DNA from: Blastocystis sp. Blastoise
Lineage: Eukaryota > Protista > Bigyra: Opalinata
Direction: 5' to 3'
NCBI GenBank assembly: GCA_039096225.1
Contig: JBBPEB010000029.1
Location: 1 to 64,000, forward strand
Length of the DNA stretch: 64,000 nt
Numbering within the stretch: position 1 is the stretch's first letter; each line of letters begins with the position of its first letter. The notes under the pieces were generated by a model. It made no database searches. It saw nothing but the letters and a program-made list of their open reading frames with translations, and had not been told where the DNA came from. Made by a program: the position numbers and the translations under genes. Below are positions 14,096-28,200 of this stretch, piece by piece.

Positions 14096-16804
14096 GAATC
14101 AAACTTAAAGAAAATTCACACTTTACATATAGAAAAACAAGTAATACTATATATACATATAAAAAAGTAATATTTATATTTATATATATAGACAATTATG
14201 TTCAAAAAAGAACGTCATATCAATATGTATATAAATAATTGTATATAAATATATATACATAAGACTGTATGGACTCCTCATATGGATTTAGATTTATATA
14301 AATCAATACTTAAATATATGTATGAGACTAATACTTATCAACAAAGAAGAAAACTCAATTGGGCAGATATAGCTAGATACTATTCTAATATCACTTTAAC
14401 TAGAACAAAATCAGAAGCTAAAGTTTCAAATGATGATAAAACAGATTTTAGGAAATTAGGAACTAGATTAAACTCTCGGTTTACACGTTGTATTTATGGA
14501 GACACAAAAAAGTAATATTTATTATTAATTTATTATATTGTTTTTTATTAATTATTATTTCTTGTATTATTCTAATATTACTATAGTTTAATACTATATA
14601 TTCTTATAATTTAACATTAATTTTGTATTATAATTTAGTGTTAATTGATTATTACTTAATATTCATAATCTATTATTTTATTACTATTATTATAACAATT
14701 TTAATATATAACACATATAGTCAATGTACAGAAGATGAAAAAGAAGCTATTCTTTTTCTACATGAACATCATTATAGTTATGCTGAAATTAGTACTGTAT
14801 ACAAAATATTTTAATATAATTATAAAAAACAATATATATAATATATATATTTCATAGTGATAATAAAATAATAATTGATATTTATATAGTATTTAACTCG
14901 CAGGTCAGCTGATTGGGTTCATGGAATAATAAGGAAAAAAGTATATATTTATATGTATATTTATAAAGATAAATTTATAGTTATCCAAAAAGAAAAGAAA
15001 TAAAAAAGACTCACCTAAAGAATCTAATCAATCCACTCAGATTGATCAAACCAATAATGAAAATGAATCTATCAAAAAAAATAAAAATAGTATAATCTTT
15101 GCATCATCAACATTTAAGAGTGGTCATTCCTCAACATCACGTAATAGAAGAAGATCTTTCTCAGCAAGTTATATATCTACAAGTCGCTATCTTGAAAGTT
15201 CGTCAAATGATTCTGATCATGATTCTATATGTTCTTCTGTATCCTCACATTCCAAGAAAAACAATAATATACAATGTAAAACAAATTATCAAGATCTATC
15301 TAATAATAATCCTGATTATTTTGATATGCTACAAGAACATCACCAGAATTTAAATACAAAAACAAATAATTGCTCTATTTCAGAATCTAATATAGATAAT
15401 ATATATAATAAAGATAATATATATAATAAAGATAATAAAGATAATATAGATAATATAAATAATATAAATAATATAGATAATATTAATTATAAAGATAATA
15501 TATATGATGTTGATTCTTGTTCTAATCTTCAAATAAATAGTAAGATGTCTCAAATGTTTCCCTTATTAGAATTATGTAATATAGATTCATCTTCCAAAAA
15601 TAATGAAACTGAATTCTCAAATAATAACTCTCCTTTTCACTATAGATCTCCTCCTCCTTTTCACTATAGATCTCCTTCTCCTTTTCACTATAGATCTCCT
15701 TCTCCTTTTTACCATAGATCTCCTTCTCCTTCAATATCTCGTCATTCTTCTTCATCTTCTTTATCTTTTTCTCATTATTTATCTTCTTCTCTTCCATTAT
15801 CTTCAGAATCTTCTATACCTCTTATTTCAAATTTCAATTTCAATGAAGTCCAACAAATCCATAATAATCAAAATGTATTTCCTTATTCAACAAATTTTCC
15901 TATATCAGATTCTATGATTATCAATGAATCACCACAAATAGAACTATCTTCTTCTAACTTATCTAATGAAACTCTATATACTAATTATAAAAATAATAGC
16001 GATTCCAATAGTATAAATAATGCATGTAATATAAATATAGATAAGAATAATGTATCCAACGAGTTTAATGATAAAAATTCATTTTCTAATTCATTGAATT
16101 CAACAACGACAACGATTCACCAATCTCCTCTTCCTCTTTCTGTTTCTCTTCCTACAATCAATACTCAAATTAATCCATATGAGATGAATATAGCTTATCC
16201 ATCCTTGTCTAATAATTATCAAAGTAAAGAGAATACTGATATAAATATGAATTCTTCTTTATTAAATACTGATGATAGCAATAATTGTTTTATTTTCAAT
16301 AATAACGAAACATACCTTTCAACAATGAGTATTCAAAACAACTATGAACTTAATAATGATATATTTTCCCCTTCTAATAATCAAGCTATATCGAATTCTT
16401 TAAATCTACATGAAAACCAAAATGAATATCATTATCCTTTATATTCAAATCAGTTAAATCATCAAATTGATAATAATACATGTGAATTAAAAACTAATAC
16501 AGTGGATTATCAACCTCCTGTTATCAATCAAGACTTATCATTGAATACTGATTACTCTCAACATAATAGTATTATTAGTTCAAATAGTTTGAATAATCAA
16601 GAACATTCTGTTATTAATAAAGACTTATCATTGAACACTGATTACTCTCAACATAATAGTATTATTAGTTCAAATAGTTTGAATAATCAAGAGCCTTCTT
16701 TGATCAATCAAAACTTATCATTGAATACCGATTACTCTCAACATAATAATATTACTGGTTTAAATAGTTTGAATAATCAAGAACCTTCTTTGATCAATTA
16801 TTAA
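13562..16804 (+). CDS. Myb/SANT-like DNA-binding protein with a long Asn/Ser-rich C-terminus
   Basis: About 9 exons phase-joined by GT-AG introns. The spliced product has VWTPHMDLDLYKSILKY..LNWADIARYY and CTEDEKEAILFLHEHHYSYAEISTYLTRRS (Myb-repeat-like). Terminal exon 14981-16804. Confidence 0.6.
15631..15730 (+). repeat. Coding 24-nt tandem repeat (RSPSPFHY, ~4 copies)
   Basis: cctttt-cactatagatctcct units translate to SPFHYRSPPPFHYRSPSPFHYRSPSPFYHRSPSP. Confidence 0.85.
16520..16800 (+). repeat. Coding 90-nt tandem repeat (30 aa x3)
   Basis: INQDLSLNTDYSQHNSIISSNSLNNQExS repeated three times at the C-terminus of the Myb-like gene. Confidence 0.9.
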
Positions 16805-18254
16805 AATGAAAATAATAATAAATATGTGGATTTATTATCCTCATCATTCACAACTATAAAAAGACTATTAACAATTCATCAAACATTCATTCTCATAGAG
16901 ATATCAACAAAACATATATTCTTATAAAAAGTATACTTGCAACTATTATGAACATTTTATAACATAAATCATATTATTATCTAAATAGATGTTTTTATAT
17001 ATCTATAAATATATAATAGTTTAATGAATAGGTTTTGGTTCTAATCGCAAGAATAAAAATGACTGTTTTTTTTTTTTTGAAAACAAATATATATATATCT
17101 ATATCTTTTTTATTATATATTTTTTATTTTCTTATTATTTTCTTTCCATTTTATTCATCTAAAAAAATATTATTTATTATATTCTTATATCAATTATTAT
17201 TCTTATCCATATTATTCATCTTTTATTTTTTTTCTGTACTATAACATTTATATACTTGATGTCACATCATTTTTTATTATCTTTTATTTTAAAAATTCTC
17301 TTATTCACATAAATACGAATATATCATTGTTTTTTATTTATATTTTAAAAATCAAATGTATAATTAATTAATTAAGCGTATTATTGTTTCTTCATATACT
17401 AATACAGTGTATAATTCATTCTTCACTTCACTGGTAATTCCTTTAGACATACAGAACATATCTATTCATATAATAAAAAACAAAATAATTCACTCATCTA
17501 ATTAACCAATAAACAACTATATTCTAAAATCGTTTTAATCTTACTATTATTATCATATTAAAATGAGTTTCGGAAAGAAAAAGAGATTTCTAAAATAAAA
17601 AAAAATTGAAAAAAGAAATAATTCAAATTATCCAAGATTTCTAAACTATATATCAATAGCAAATCAATCTTACAACTATGAGATCTAATATTGAAACTAA
17701 TTTTAACCATAAAATCAAATATATAAAAAGACTTTATTCAACAATTCAATAGAATTCACCACAAATCAAAATAATGGCATCTAGATACTTTGGAGTTCAT
17801 TGTAAACAATATAGAAAATCAATTCATTGCAACATTTAGATACAAAGGAATTCATACTTTATATAAATACGATTTAAATATATATATTTCCAAGTATCCT
17901 TATGTTCATGCTATGTCTTTTATAATGAAAAGATATAATACAAAATACTGACTCATATAATTAAAAAATGTGAGAAAAATGGAGTCAATCTGAATAGTTG
18001 AACTTGAATCACACTTAAATTTACTTTCTATAATATATATATAATGTCAAATTCATATAAAAGAAACTATTGTGAAAGAAATGCATATAAAGTACTAAAA
18101 AAATATCCCCAAATAAAAACTAAATTTCCTTGTTTGCTTTGGAAATTGCTAGCAACATCAATTAAATTCTCTTATAAAATAGTAGAAAAGCAGACATTAT
18201 TTATGATTTTTTGGAGAACAATGGAAAAAGCAATTGAATAATGAGAAAAGATTT

Positions 18255-18520
18255 TTGAGTCAGCTGGCGGAAAATGATTGGATGCTCATTTTCAACTTCT
18301 TATGGAAAAAATATTGTTTATTGGGTGAACCAGTTTTAGTGGAAATTTATTGGTGAATTCTTTTATGGGGTCATATAAGAATAAGGTCATTGCTCATACA
18401 ATAATAAGGATATAAAATTTGGATCATATTTTATAAACAGCCCTAAATCCAATGGATGGTTAGATGGTTGGTTAAAAACATTCAAAACAACCCCATTCTT
18501 ACGTTATGATTGGTTGCTAC
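18255..18520 (+). promoter_or_regulatory. GC-enriched promoter region with clustered CCAAT/ATTGG boxes
   Basis: tgattgg (~18275), tattggg (~18319), tattggt (~18348), ccaat (~18449) and tgattgg (~18506), plus TGGCGGAAA, 150-400 nt upstream of the ATG at 18667. Confidence 0.45.
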
Positions 18521-18666
18521 ATTATGTCGATGTATAATTTTAATCAGGGTTTTTTTTAATTCAAGGATAGTTTTCTGTCTTTAGTAGAAAAACAAACGTT
18601 TCACATCAACACTTATTATTTTGTTTATTCATCCTTACAATCGATTTTTTTTTTCTATTATTATCG

Positions 18667-19505
18667 ATGAGCGTTCTTACTGAAGTTAATCCTGCTTTTA
18701 TTCAACAACCTACTGAAACAATAACTGAGAATCAGACAATCTCTAATGAAGTAAATCCTTCTCCTATTGATATGAATGATTCCTGTGGTGCCAATTGTAT
18801 TACTATATTTGATTGGGATGATACTTTAATGCCAAGTACTTGGTTATCTGATCACGTATCAGAAGAAAAGTGCTTTAGTACTGAAGTCAAACATCAACTT
18901 CAAAATGTTGAAGATTACGTCTATCTTGTATTATCACAAGCTCTTCAACTTGGTGTTGTAGTTATTGTTACTAATTCTGAAGAAGGTTGGGTTGAATATT
19001 GTTGTGATCATTTTTTCTTTCGTCTTCGATCTTTAATGAGTAGTATAAATATCGTATCTGCTAGAACAAAATATCAAGATATTGTTCCTTTACCTCATCT
19101 TTGGAAGGTATATATAAATTTTTTATTTTATTTATTTTTTTTATTTTATTTATTATTTTATTTTATTTTATTATTATTATTTACTTATCATTTAACAAAA
19201 TAAGCATATATAAAACATTTTTTTTTCTATAGCAACAAGCTTTTCAAGATATTATTGGTGATTATAAATCATTTCTTCCCTATAATGCTAGTTTCTCTAT
19301 TATTAGTATAGGTGATTCAACACATGAACGAAATGCTTTAAATAACATGAAATCTTTATTTCATATTCATGGTTATTTAAAGTCTATTAAGTTTATTGAT
19401 AATCCTTCTTTATTCCAATTAAGAAGAGAGCTTGATTATGTATATACTACTTTTAGATCTATTATCGAAAAGCCATCAGATCTTGATATTCTTTTATTTA
19501 TGTAG
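18667..19505 (+). CDS. HAD-superfamily hydrolase-like protein (DWDDTL family)
   Basis: Motif I IFDWDDTL, motif II IVTNSEEGWV, motif IV SIGDSTHER, and KSIKF. One intron, 19108-19232; stop TAG at 19503-19505. Confidence 0.8.
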
Positions 19506-22500
19506 ATATTATATATATATATATATAGTCTACATTGTTAATTTATCTCATATTTAATAAATGTTTATATCTATTATTTATATGTTATTTATTTTTCTTT
19601 TTTATGTGTTAAATAGCATATACTATAGTATATATTATCTCTATTATTTGTTATTCATTTTTTCTATATACCCGTTTTCAATTGTTATTTATTTATTTTT
19701 ATTACAACAAGCTTTTATTTGTTGTTGTTTTTTTTGTTGTTGTTTCTTTATATATATATACCTTTTTAATAATTATATCTGAAAGGAATTTTAATTTATT
19801 TTTCCTTTTATTTTTTGCTATATATATATTTTTTAATATTTTTACCTTTTATGTTTCATTATTTTTTTTCCTCCATTTTATCTTTATTTATTATCCATTA
19901 TTATCCTTTAAAATAATCTTATTATTCCCTTTTTATAGATTTATATAAATATAATTATTTATGTACAATATTGAATCTATTATTTTATTTTAATAATGTA
20001 CTTATTAAGTACTATAATCTTTTTGTTCTTTTTATATTTATATTTAAAATTTATTAATTATACTTATTGTCCATTTTATTTATATATATATATAATTTAT
20101 AACCTATTATCATTTATATTCTAGTTATTGATGTGTGATTTATTTAATCTCATTATATATATTTATATATATATTTATTGTTTTTTTTTTTTTTTCTAAT
20201 TTTTCTAATTTTTATCCAAAAAAAAATTTAAACAGTTTTCTATTCTTTTTTCTTTTCTGTATCGTTTTTTATGCTCATACATATAATATATTTTTTTTCT
20301 GTATGCCTTATGTTTTATACATGTCTTTCGTATATATATAAATACATATTTATATTTATATATATTTAAAAATGAGTGTATTTCTCTTTTATCTCTATAT
20401 ATTTATTGAAACTCGATGGAAACTTCTTTCGAAGCTTTTCCATTTCTTTTCAATTTACTTTATGTAATAGATATTAATATATAGAAGATATTCTTCTTCT
20501 TTTTTTATATAATTTTATTTTATTTCTTGTATTCTCTACTAGTTGCATTCTTATAAGCTCTTTTTTCGCTTTCTCTATCTCTTCCTATATATATAAATTA
20601 TTTTATTGAAATGTTTTATATATATTTAGTAATTATTTAACCATTAGAGAATATATCTCTCTTTTTATTTATTTATTAAATATATATATAATAAATTATA
20701 TATTTATATATTATTCTTTTCTAATTTCATTTCTTATTTTTAAAAGCGATCTTATCCCTATTATATATATATATATATATATTCATTTGAAAATGAATAT
20801 ATTATTTATATTATAATATATAATACAACTTTCTATTTTCATTATCTCTTTATTATATCTATTTCTATTTAGATATATATTTATTTTTTAAATCAGTCTG
20901 TGTCACTAGTATTTTCTATATACATAGATATTCTTATTAGTTTTTACATTATATTCTACTCATTATCATTCACTTATTTTTATTTTATTCTTATTTTTTT
21001 TTCTCTCTCTCTCTTTTCGTCTTTTTTTTTTTTTTTTCATTATTTTTTATTTTTTAACTTTTTCACAGATTTCTTATATATATGTATATGGCTTTTCAAT
21101 ATATATATATATAATATGCATATATATTTAGTAATTTTACTATCAAAAAAAATATAAAAAAAAAAATATTTATATTCTTTTATATCTCTATTATTATGAC
21201 TTTTTTTTACTGTTGTGATAGAAGAAATTTAAAACAAAATTCAACATATATTTTTATTAACTATGTTTATATCCTCTTTTTCTATCTCTCTCTTATCTCA
21301 TCTCTGTTTGTGTTTTCTTTATTCTTATTTATGTATTTTTATGATATATCCTATTTTATTTAATTTTTTTTTTCTCTGTTTATATTCTTATTATTATTTT
21401 CATGTCTTCTTATATTTGCTTAATTTTTTTTATTTATAAATCATTAATTTAATATACATTATTCGTAAAAGTCTTCTTTCATATATACATATATATATTC
21501 TTCAAACTTCAGTTGTTATAGATTCAAAACTACAAAAGACAAATATGATTAGAATATCATTCAATGCTTTCGCTTTATCTTCTTTTAGAGTATCTTTTTT
21601 TATTTTATTTTCTTGTCATTATTCTTTTCATACATATATATGTTATACATACCTTTGTCTTTTTTTCTTTGTGTTTCTATAACTTTTTTTTTAATATCTA
21701 TTATATATATATATTTATTTATTGCTATTATATTCTTTTTTATTTTATTTTTCGAAGAACTATTAGTTGATATAAATATATATATAAATATATATACTTT
21801 CTAATTATTAAATACTTTTGTTTATAATATATATAAAATTACTATTTCTCTATATATCTATTCCTTATCGATTTTCATGATTTTTGTTTTTATACAAGTA
21901 TATAATAACATCTATAAATCCTCTTCTATTGTAAATTATGTGTAGTATATTTTTTAGGATTTATAGTGTTTTCATTGTATACTAATGTTGCAATATTTTT
22001 TTTTTATTGATTTTTTTGTTTATAGACACGATTCATATATATACTTTACATAAACTATGTAATCTAGTCTATAATCATAATTATGACAATAAAGTTTTAA
22101 TACATTAAAAGAAAAATTATTTCTAAACAATAAACAATAATGATATACATATGAAATTTAAAAAACAAAATACATTGATTTTGCAAGAAGAAAGAAATAT
22201 ATTCATAAAATTGTATTAACACATATAGTTATTTTTTTTTAAACAAGATTTATATATATATATATATAGGTAGAGTACAATAGGAAATAAAAAGTTGAAA
22301 ATATATAAATAGTTTACATCTTATAAATAAGAGAAATAGAGTACAATAAAAAAATGATATGAGATAGAAAACAATAAACGAGGATAAAGAGTACAAAGAA
22401 ATAAAATTATTATAAATACATATATTATTAAAAAGAAAAAGAAAAATAAATAATAATAATGAATTGTTTCCAAATATACTTGTTTTATGTTTATAATACA

Positions 22501-22520
22501 TAATTTACATGTGTTCTATA

Positions 22521-24349
22521 TTATAAAGATCTTAATTTGTTATTTAAAAAGACAAAATGAGAATTTGTTTCTAATACTTCGCTAATATCTTTACTTTCCC
22601 CGTGATTATCTAGAAGACTCAAAAGTGATGAAAAAGAAGTTGTAATATGGTTATCTTTTGGAAACTATAATCATATTATATGTATTATATGTATTATATG
22701 TATTATATGTATTATATATTTTTTATATATTATATATATTATAATAAATATTATTCTATTTATTATAATAAATATTTATTATATATATATACAATAGAAG
22801 TAAGAACATCAATACAATATAGATATGTTTCTGTATAGGTATGTATAGTTAATTTATTTATATCAATATTCATGTCGATATCGAATTCTAAATCAAAACC
22901 ATTAACAGAAGCTTTACTTGCTGTACTAGCTAATGTCCCGCGGGAATGTACCACTTTTGGAGATTTCTCTAGATCTTCAGATACATCATCTTCAGGTGTT
23001 AATGAAGAATTTCGAATTGCCCCGCGGGAATCTGAAAGTAATTCATTGAGAATATCATGTGTACTCATATGAGTTTTTGTGGATTGATATATAAAACCAA
23101 TAATATCATCTATATATATATATAGATAATATTATATATATATATATATTATATATATTATATATATTATACTGATAATAGAATAAATGGTTTCAATTGT
23201 TTTCATGTCTTCTTTATATTTTATATTATTCTTTGTTTTATCATTATTCTTCAATTTATTTTTCTATATATATATATATAACTTTGATGATTATAATTAT
23301 TAGATTTATTTACTATTTGTTGAAGAAGAACATTGAGTGCTTGAATATATAATATATACAAATTCTATATATAGAATATATATATAATAAAAATGTATTA
23401 TATATATATATACAAGTTTAATAGGAGAAGGAGAATAATTGACAAGTGTTTTGAAATATGTATATATATAAGTATATAATTCTAATACAGGCATATAAAC
23501 AGTAGAACGAAGATAACTTAATTGGTTTATAAGTGTACAAAGAGGAGAATAATACACATATTCATCATCTGCATTGATATATGTTTGTAAGAGAGGTATA
23601 ATTGTTTCATATATAGAATTAACTTTTGAATAATACTATATATATATTTATAGACTATATATATATATATACCTTATAATAATGGCAAATATCCATCATA
23701 TAAAGCATTAATGTTCTATATATATATATATATATAATAATAAATGAACAAGAGAATATACAATTTTGACGTTAATAATTTAAGATCTAGAATAGAATTA
23801 TATATATGATTAATATAATCAATTGTTTCTTTAGAATTATCAACTTCATCAATAGAATCTGTCTCCTCCCCGCGGGGAACAGGATAATACTTATAAAGTG
23901 TCCATATATATCGATATAAAATATAAATAAATAAATTATCAATTGATTTATAAGAATAACTACATTTATCTAGACTATATATATTATATAAATAATATGA
24001 TAAATAAGAAAAAAAGAATATATATATATAATGAATACTAATAATGAATATAAATAATATATTAATATAATAATATAATTAATATAATAATATAATTAAT
24101 ATATAAAAATAATAAATATAATTTAAATAATAAAATAGTATACAAGTTTTTCATGAGTTCTTTTGAATTCATTTGAACTTGATATATATAATGATATATA
24201 GTAATAAAGAACTTGTGATCTACATTAATATCTTCATTATGAGAGAGATATTTATATATAAGAGAAACAGAAATAGTATATAAATAAAGATGATGAGGTG
24301 GAACAATAGCCAGGCCATTTCGACTAGAGATCTTTAATATCAAGTAATA

Positions 24350-24394
<45 letters not shown>

Positions 24395-24829
24395 AACAAA
24401 TCATAATATATTATTATTAATAGTATTCATATAATTCATATTTCATCATATCATTAAATTTCTCAACAATAATTTGTACTCTAGCTATGTATATATAATA
24501 TGATTTATAATTAGAATAATACATATATAAATAAAATCTTATATATAAAAATAATAAAATATATATATATTATTATTATATATATACATATATCAAGAAT
24601 ATCGTAAAGATCTTTTTTTCTCGAATTAAATATATAGCACATAACACGATATAACTATATATATATATATATATACATATACATATTATAAAAATATTAT
24701 TCTATGTAATAATAGTATATAATTATAACTATATATATATATAAGGGAATAGCTACATCTCTTGGTAAGACAGACCATCGATTTATATGATTATATATAT
24801 CATTTACAACCACTCGAATTTCTCGAACC

Positions 24830-24860
<31 letters not shown>

Positions 24861-25853
24861 GTTTATAAGTTATTAATATGATAATAATACAAAGTAATTA
24901 TATATATATATATATATATACGCCATAATATTTGAGAATAACTTTAATATATATAAATAATAGTTGAAGATATAATGGTATAGTACCAATAGACTTTATA
25001 TATATCCAAATTGTATTTAATAAATGAATATCAGCATACTATATAGTGTCATAATTATAGAATAATAATAATGATTATTATAATTATTATATATACTTTC
25101 CAATTATTATCGATACATAAATATTTCCCAAGATTAATAATAATTTCTCTTTTCAAAACATCAGGGCTATTGCTATTACAGACATACATATAAACATCAC
25201 TAATTTTTGTTTGGAAAACCGTGGAATTAATTGATTTTAAAAGAGGAAGAAAGAAATATAAAGATATTTTTCTAGTTAAATAAAGATCTAAAATAGGACT
25301 GAATGACGAACTGAGGGATGGAGAGGGGGATGCAGGAACACAAATATCTTCACCATCTTTTTCATAATGGAAATAAACAGCAAATAAATATTCTAACGGT
25401 CTCACAAGCATTTTATAGAGCTATAAAGATATAGAATGATAATATTATATTTTATTATTCTATTAATATTTTATAATTATATTAATATTTTATTATTCTA
25501 TTAATATTTTACTATAATTCTATTAATATTTTATTATTATAATAGTATATCTTATATAATATTATAAATATATTATTATATACGTCATTAACATCCATAT
25601 CTGATTTCGACAATGAGTTTTGAGCTAAAGTCTCAATATCTTTTTCTCTAGTAAGAAAATGGGTCAGAATTGTTTCTAAATCTTTATGAAGGGTCTTCTC
25701 GTAATGACAGATACGAAGCACGTGCACAAAATGGGATGCAAAATAGATAAAAGAGAGTGGTGACTCAATTGTAAGTAATTGTTTGAAAATGTACAAGTAC
25801 ATTTCTTTAAATTCACTTGTTGTGCCTGAATATGTAAGTGCAGGAAGTAAACA

Positions 25854-25937
<84 letters not shown>

Positions 25938-27355
25938 TAAAACGTAATACATAATAAAATTATAATAATAATAATAATATTATATACACAAAGATAAAGT
26001 CTAGGAATAGTGGTAGGAATATTAATCATAATATGTTTAAGAGTATCAATAATAGTATAAGAGTCTAGGCAGAAGAAGATAGCAGGAACATATTGAAAGG
26101 AGAATAAACCCACTCGAAGACAGGAAAGCCGCGATTTTGATGACATTGTCGAGTCACGTGGAGTACCAGGAGGGGTAATAAACGAATCCATTAAGAAAGC
26201 TAGTTTATTCATATATAAACTACAAAATTCTGTTAGTTTCTAATATATAAAAAGTAGATATTTTGTAAATATGAATGAAAATATAAACTATTGTTATGAA
26301 TATATTATAAATATGGGTATATATATAATGACGATTTCAATATAAATAATAATAACAATAATGATTATTATTTTATATGTATACATAGAAAACAACAGGA
26401 AACGATAGAGAAGGTGGAATCATTGATAATTTAATACAAATAAACAAGGGAATAAGAGTATTAAGCCATTGATGCTTTGAAAACGATTCAATCATTGACT
26501 ATAATGATATATATATAGTATATTTCAATAATTATTATGAATATAAAATTTATTCAAATGAGTATAATAATAGTAATAATGTTTCAATTCAAATACATTT
26601 GTTTGTTCAAGAAAGAACTGATCAATAGTATTTGCATGAATAAGATATTTCGTCTTCTTTTGAGATTTCACATAGTATTTCCAATCATCATCTAATAAAG
26701 CTATATATATATATTGTAATTATTAATAGATAATAAATATAATAGAAATATAATAGAAATATAAATAAATATAAATAAATATAATAGAAATATAAATAAA
26801 TAAATATAAATAAATATAAAAATAATATAAATATAAATAAATAAATATAAAAATAATATAAATATAAATATAAATAAATAAATATAAAAATAATATAAAT
26901 ATAAATATAATATAAATATAAATATACTAATAAATATATACCTTTTGCACCCCATAGATCTCTTGGATCATAAACAACATATACTTTCCATGTTTCTGGT
27001 ATATTACACTAAAAGAATTATACTATAAATTCATATAAATACATCTTCACATTTTGTTATAAACATATTCCATTTCTTTTCAGGTCTGACTAATGTAATA
27101 TTGATATTTAACAATCGATTGATCTCTGAAAAATCGTGAGATTCATCATCCTAAATATGAAAAACATAAAATCGAAGTATTCAAAAAAATATATAATATA
27201 TCCAAAATTTAAAAAAAATAAAAAATAATAATAATTACTTCAAACAATGAACTTCTATTGTTATCATTTTTCTCATTTTGTAATCCACCTAAGGGATCCT
27301 GTTCGCAGGTCATAAAATGAATTTGATTCTCATTCGTATCTTCACAATTCTCCAT
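22521..27355 (-). CDS. Hypothetical multi-exon protein (~20 exons, probably mostly helical)
   Basis: A continuous GT-AG exon chain can be phased from ATG 27355 (MENCEDT...) to TAA at 22521. No family recognised. Phasing requires a microexon near 24480. Confidence 0.65.
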
Positions 27356-27936
27356 GACCAAAATGTAAGGGAATTTTCTGTTTTCACTTGTCAAATAAAA
27401 TATCTCTGATACTACGAATAACTACTATTTTATTTATAGTTTAGAACTATCTGCTTTCCTTCAGTTCTTGGAAAAGAGTAAGATTTTATCAAGTATCAAA
27501 TTATTAATAATCAAGAATATTTTTGAGAAAATGACATCGTCTACTTGTTCTTAATAAAATTCTCGCGATTTTTCATTTTTCTTTTTTTTTTTGTTGTTTT
27601 ATATCTTTTTTATTATAAAGATCCATGAATTGTTTATTTTTAAACAATCGTACATTGTAAATAGATCCAATCTAAGGAATCTAGTAATTAATTGTTTCGA
27701 TTTCAAAAGAATATTAGTTTTAATCTCCTTGTTATCAACTATTTCATTCATCTCTTGAACATTCCTCACTTTATTTATATTTTAAATGAATCATCTCTTG
27801 ATCTAAAAAAATAATTACTTTAAATAGAAAATTTCCACTTGTATATGTAGTTTATTTCGTCATGAAACTATGAATTGATTATAATAAACGAATTATTGTC
27901 ATAAAAAAAAGATTTTAATAAATATTTTTTTTATAA

Positions 27937-27994
27937 AAAAAATTAGGATTTCAAAAAATTAGGATTTCAAAAAATTAGAATTTCAAAAAAATTA
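27937..27994. repeat. 16-nt tandem repeat (AAAAAATTAGGATTTC x3) directly downstream of the snoRNA
   Basis: Two perfect copies and one with a single mismatch. Reads GAAATCCTAATTTTTT on the minus strand. Confidence 0.85.
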
Positions 27995-28000
27995 ACTTAA

Positions 28001-28120
28001 TATCAGAGAATTAAAGTGAATAGCGTAACAAGTTTATGGATTCACTTGGCACCAACGCCACCGAAATGGCTCAGGGAGACCTACTCATCATACAGTAAAA
28101 AACCTTTTACTGGAAGGATC
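28001..28120 (-). ncRNA. U13: U13/snR45-type box C/D snoRNA (guide for 18S rRNA helix-45 ac4C)
   Basis: The minus strand reads GATCCTTCC...ATGATGA (C box, 28091-28085)...CTGA...AAACTTGTTACG...CTGA (D box, 28006-28003). GATCCTTCC and CTTGTTACG are complementary to the conserved 18S 3'-end segments GGAAGGATC and CGTAACAAG, the same bipartite arrangement as SNORD13/snR45. Confidence 0.85.
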
Positions 28121-28139
28121 GAAAATTATACATTTTGAT

Positions 28140-28200
28140 TTTTGTATATAAACCAAAAGAAAACTTCTAATCAAGACGCATGAAGATATGATTGGATGAA
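28140..28200 (-). promoter_or_regulatory. Putative promoter of the U13-like snoRNA (TATA-like plus CCAAT)
   Basis: Minus-strand TTTATATA ~25-30 nt and CCAAT (~28191-28195) ~70 nt upstream of the inferred 5' end. Confidence 0.4.

Noticed and set aside
17773-17952. Fragment reading SRYFGVH / QFIATFRYKG, superficially AP2-domain-like
   Set aside because: The two halves are in different frames, no valid splice joins them and there is no further motif. At most a decayed relic.
19561-21804. Many F/I/Y/L-rich short ORFs
   Set aside because: Translations of T-rich noncoding DNA and (TA)n tracts, with no splice or domain support.
27420-27540. Upstream ATG (~27537) as the start of the hypothetical gene
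   Set aside because: It hits TGA after 8 codons and no convincing splice links it. ATG 27355 is preferred.
28020-28120. 18S rRNA fragment or pseudogene (CGTAACAAG and GGAAGGATC on +)
   Set aside because: The intervening sequence is not rRNA and is too long. The C/D boxes on the minus strand are better explained by an antisense guide snoRNA.
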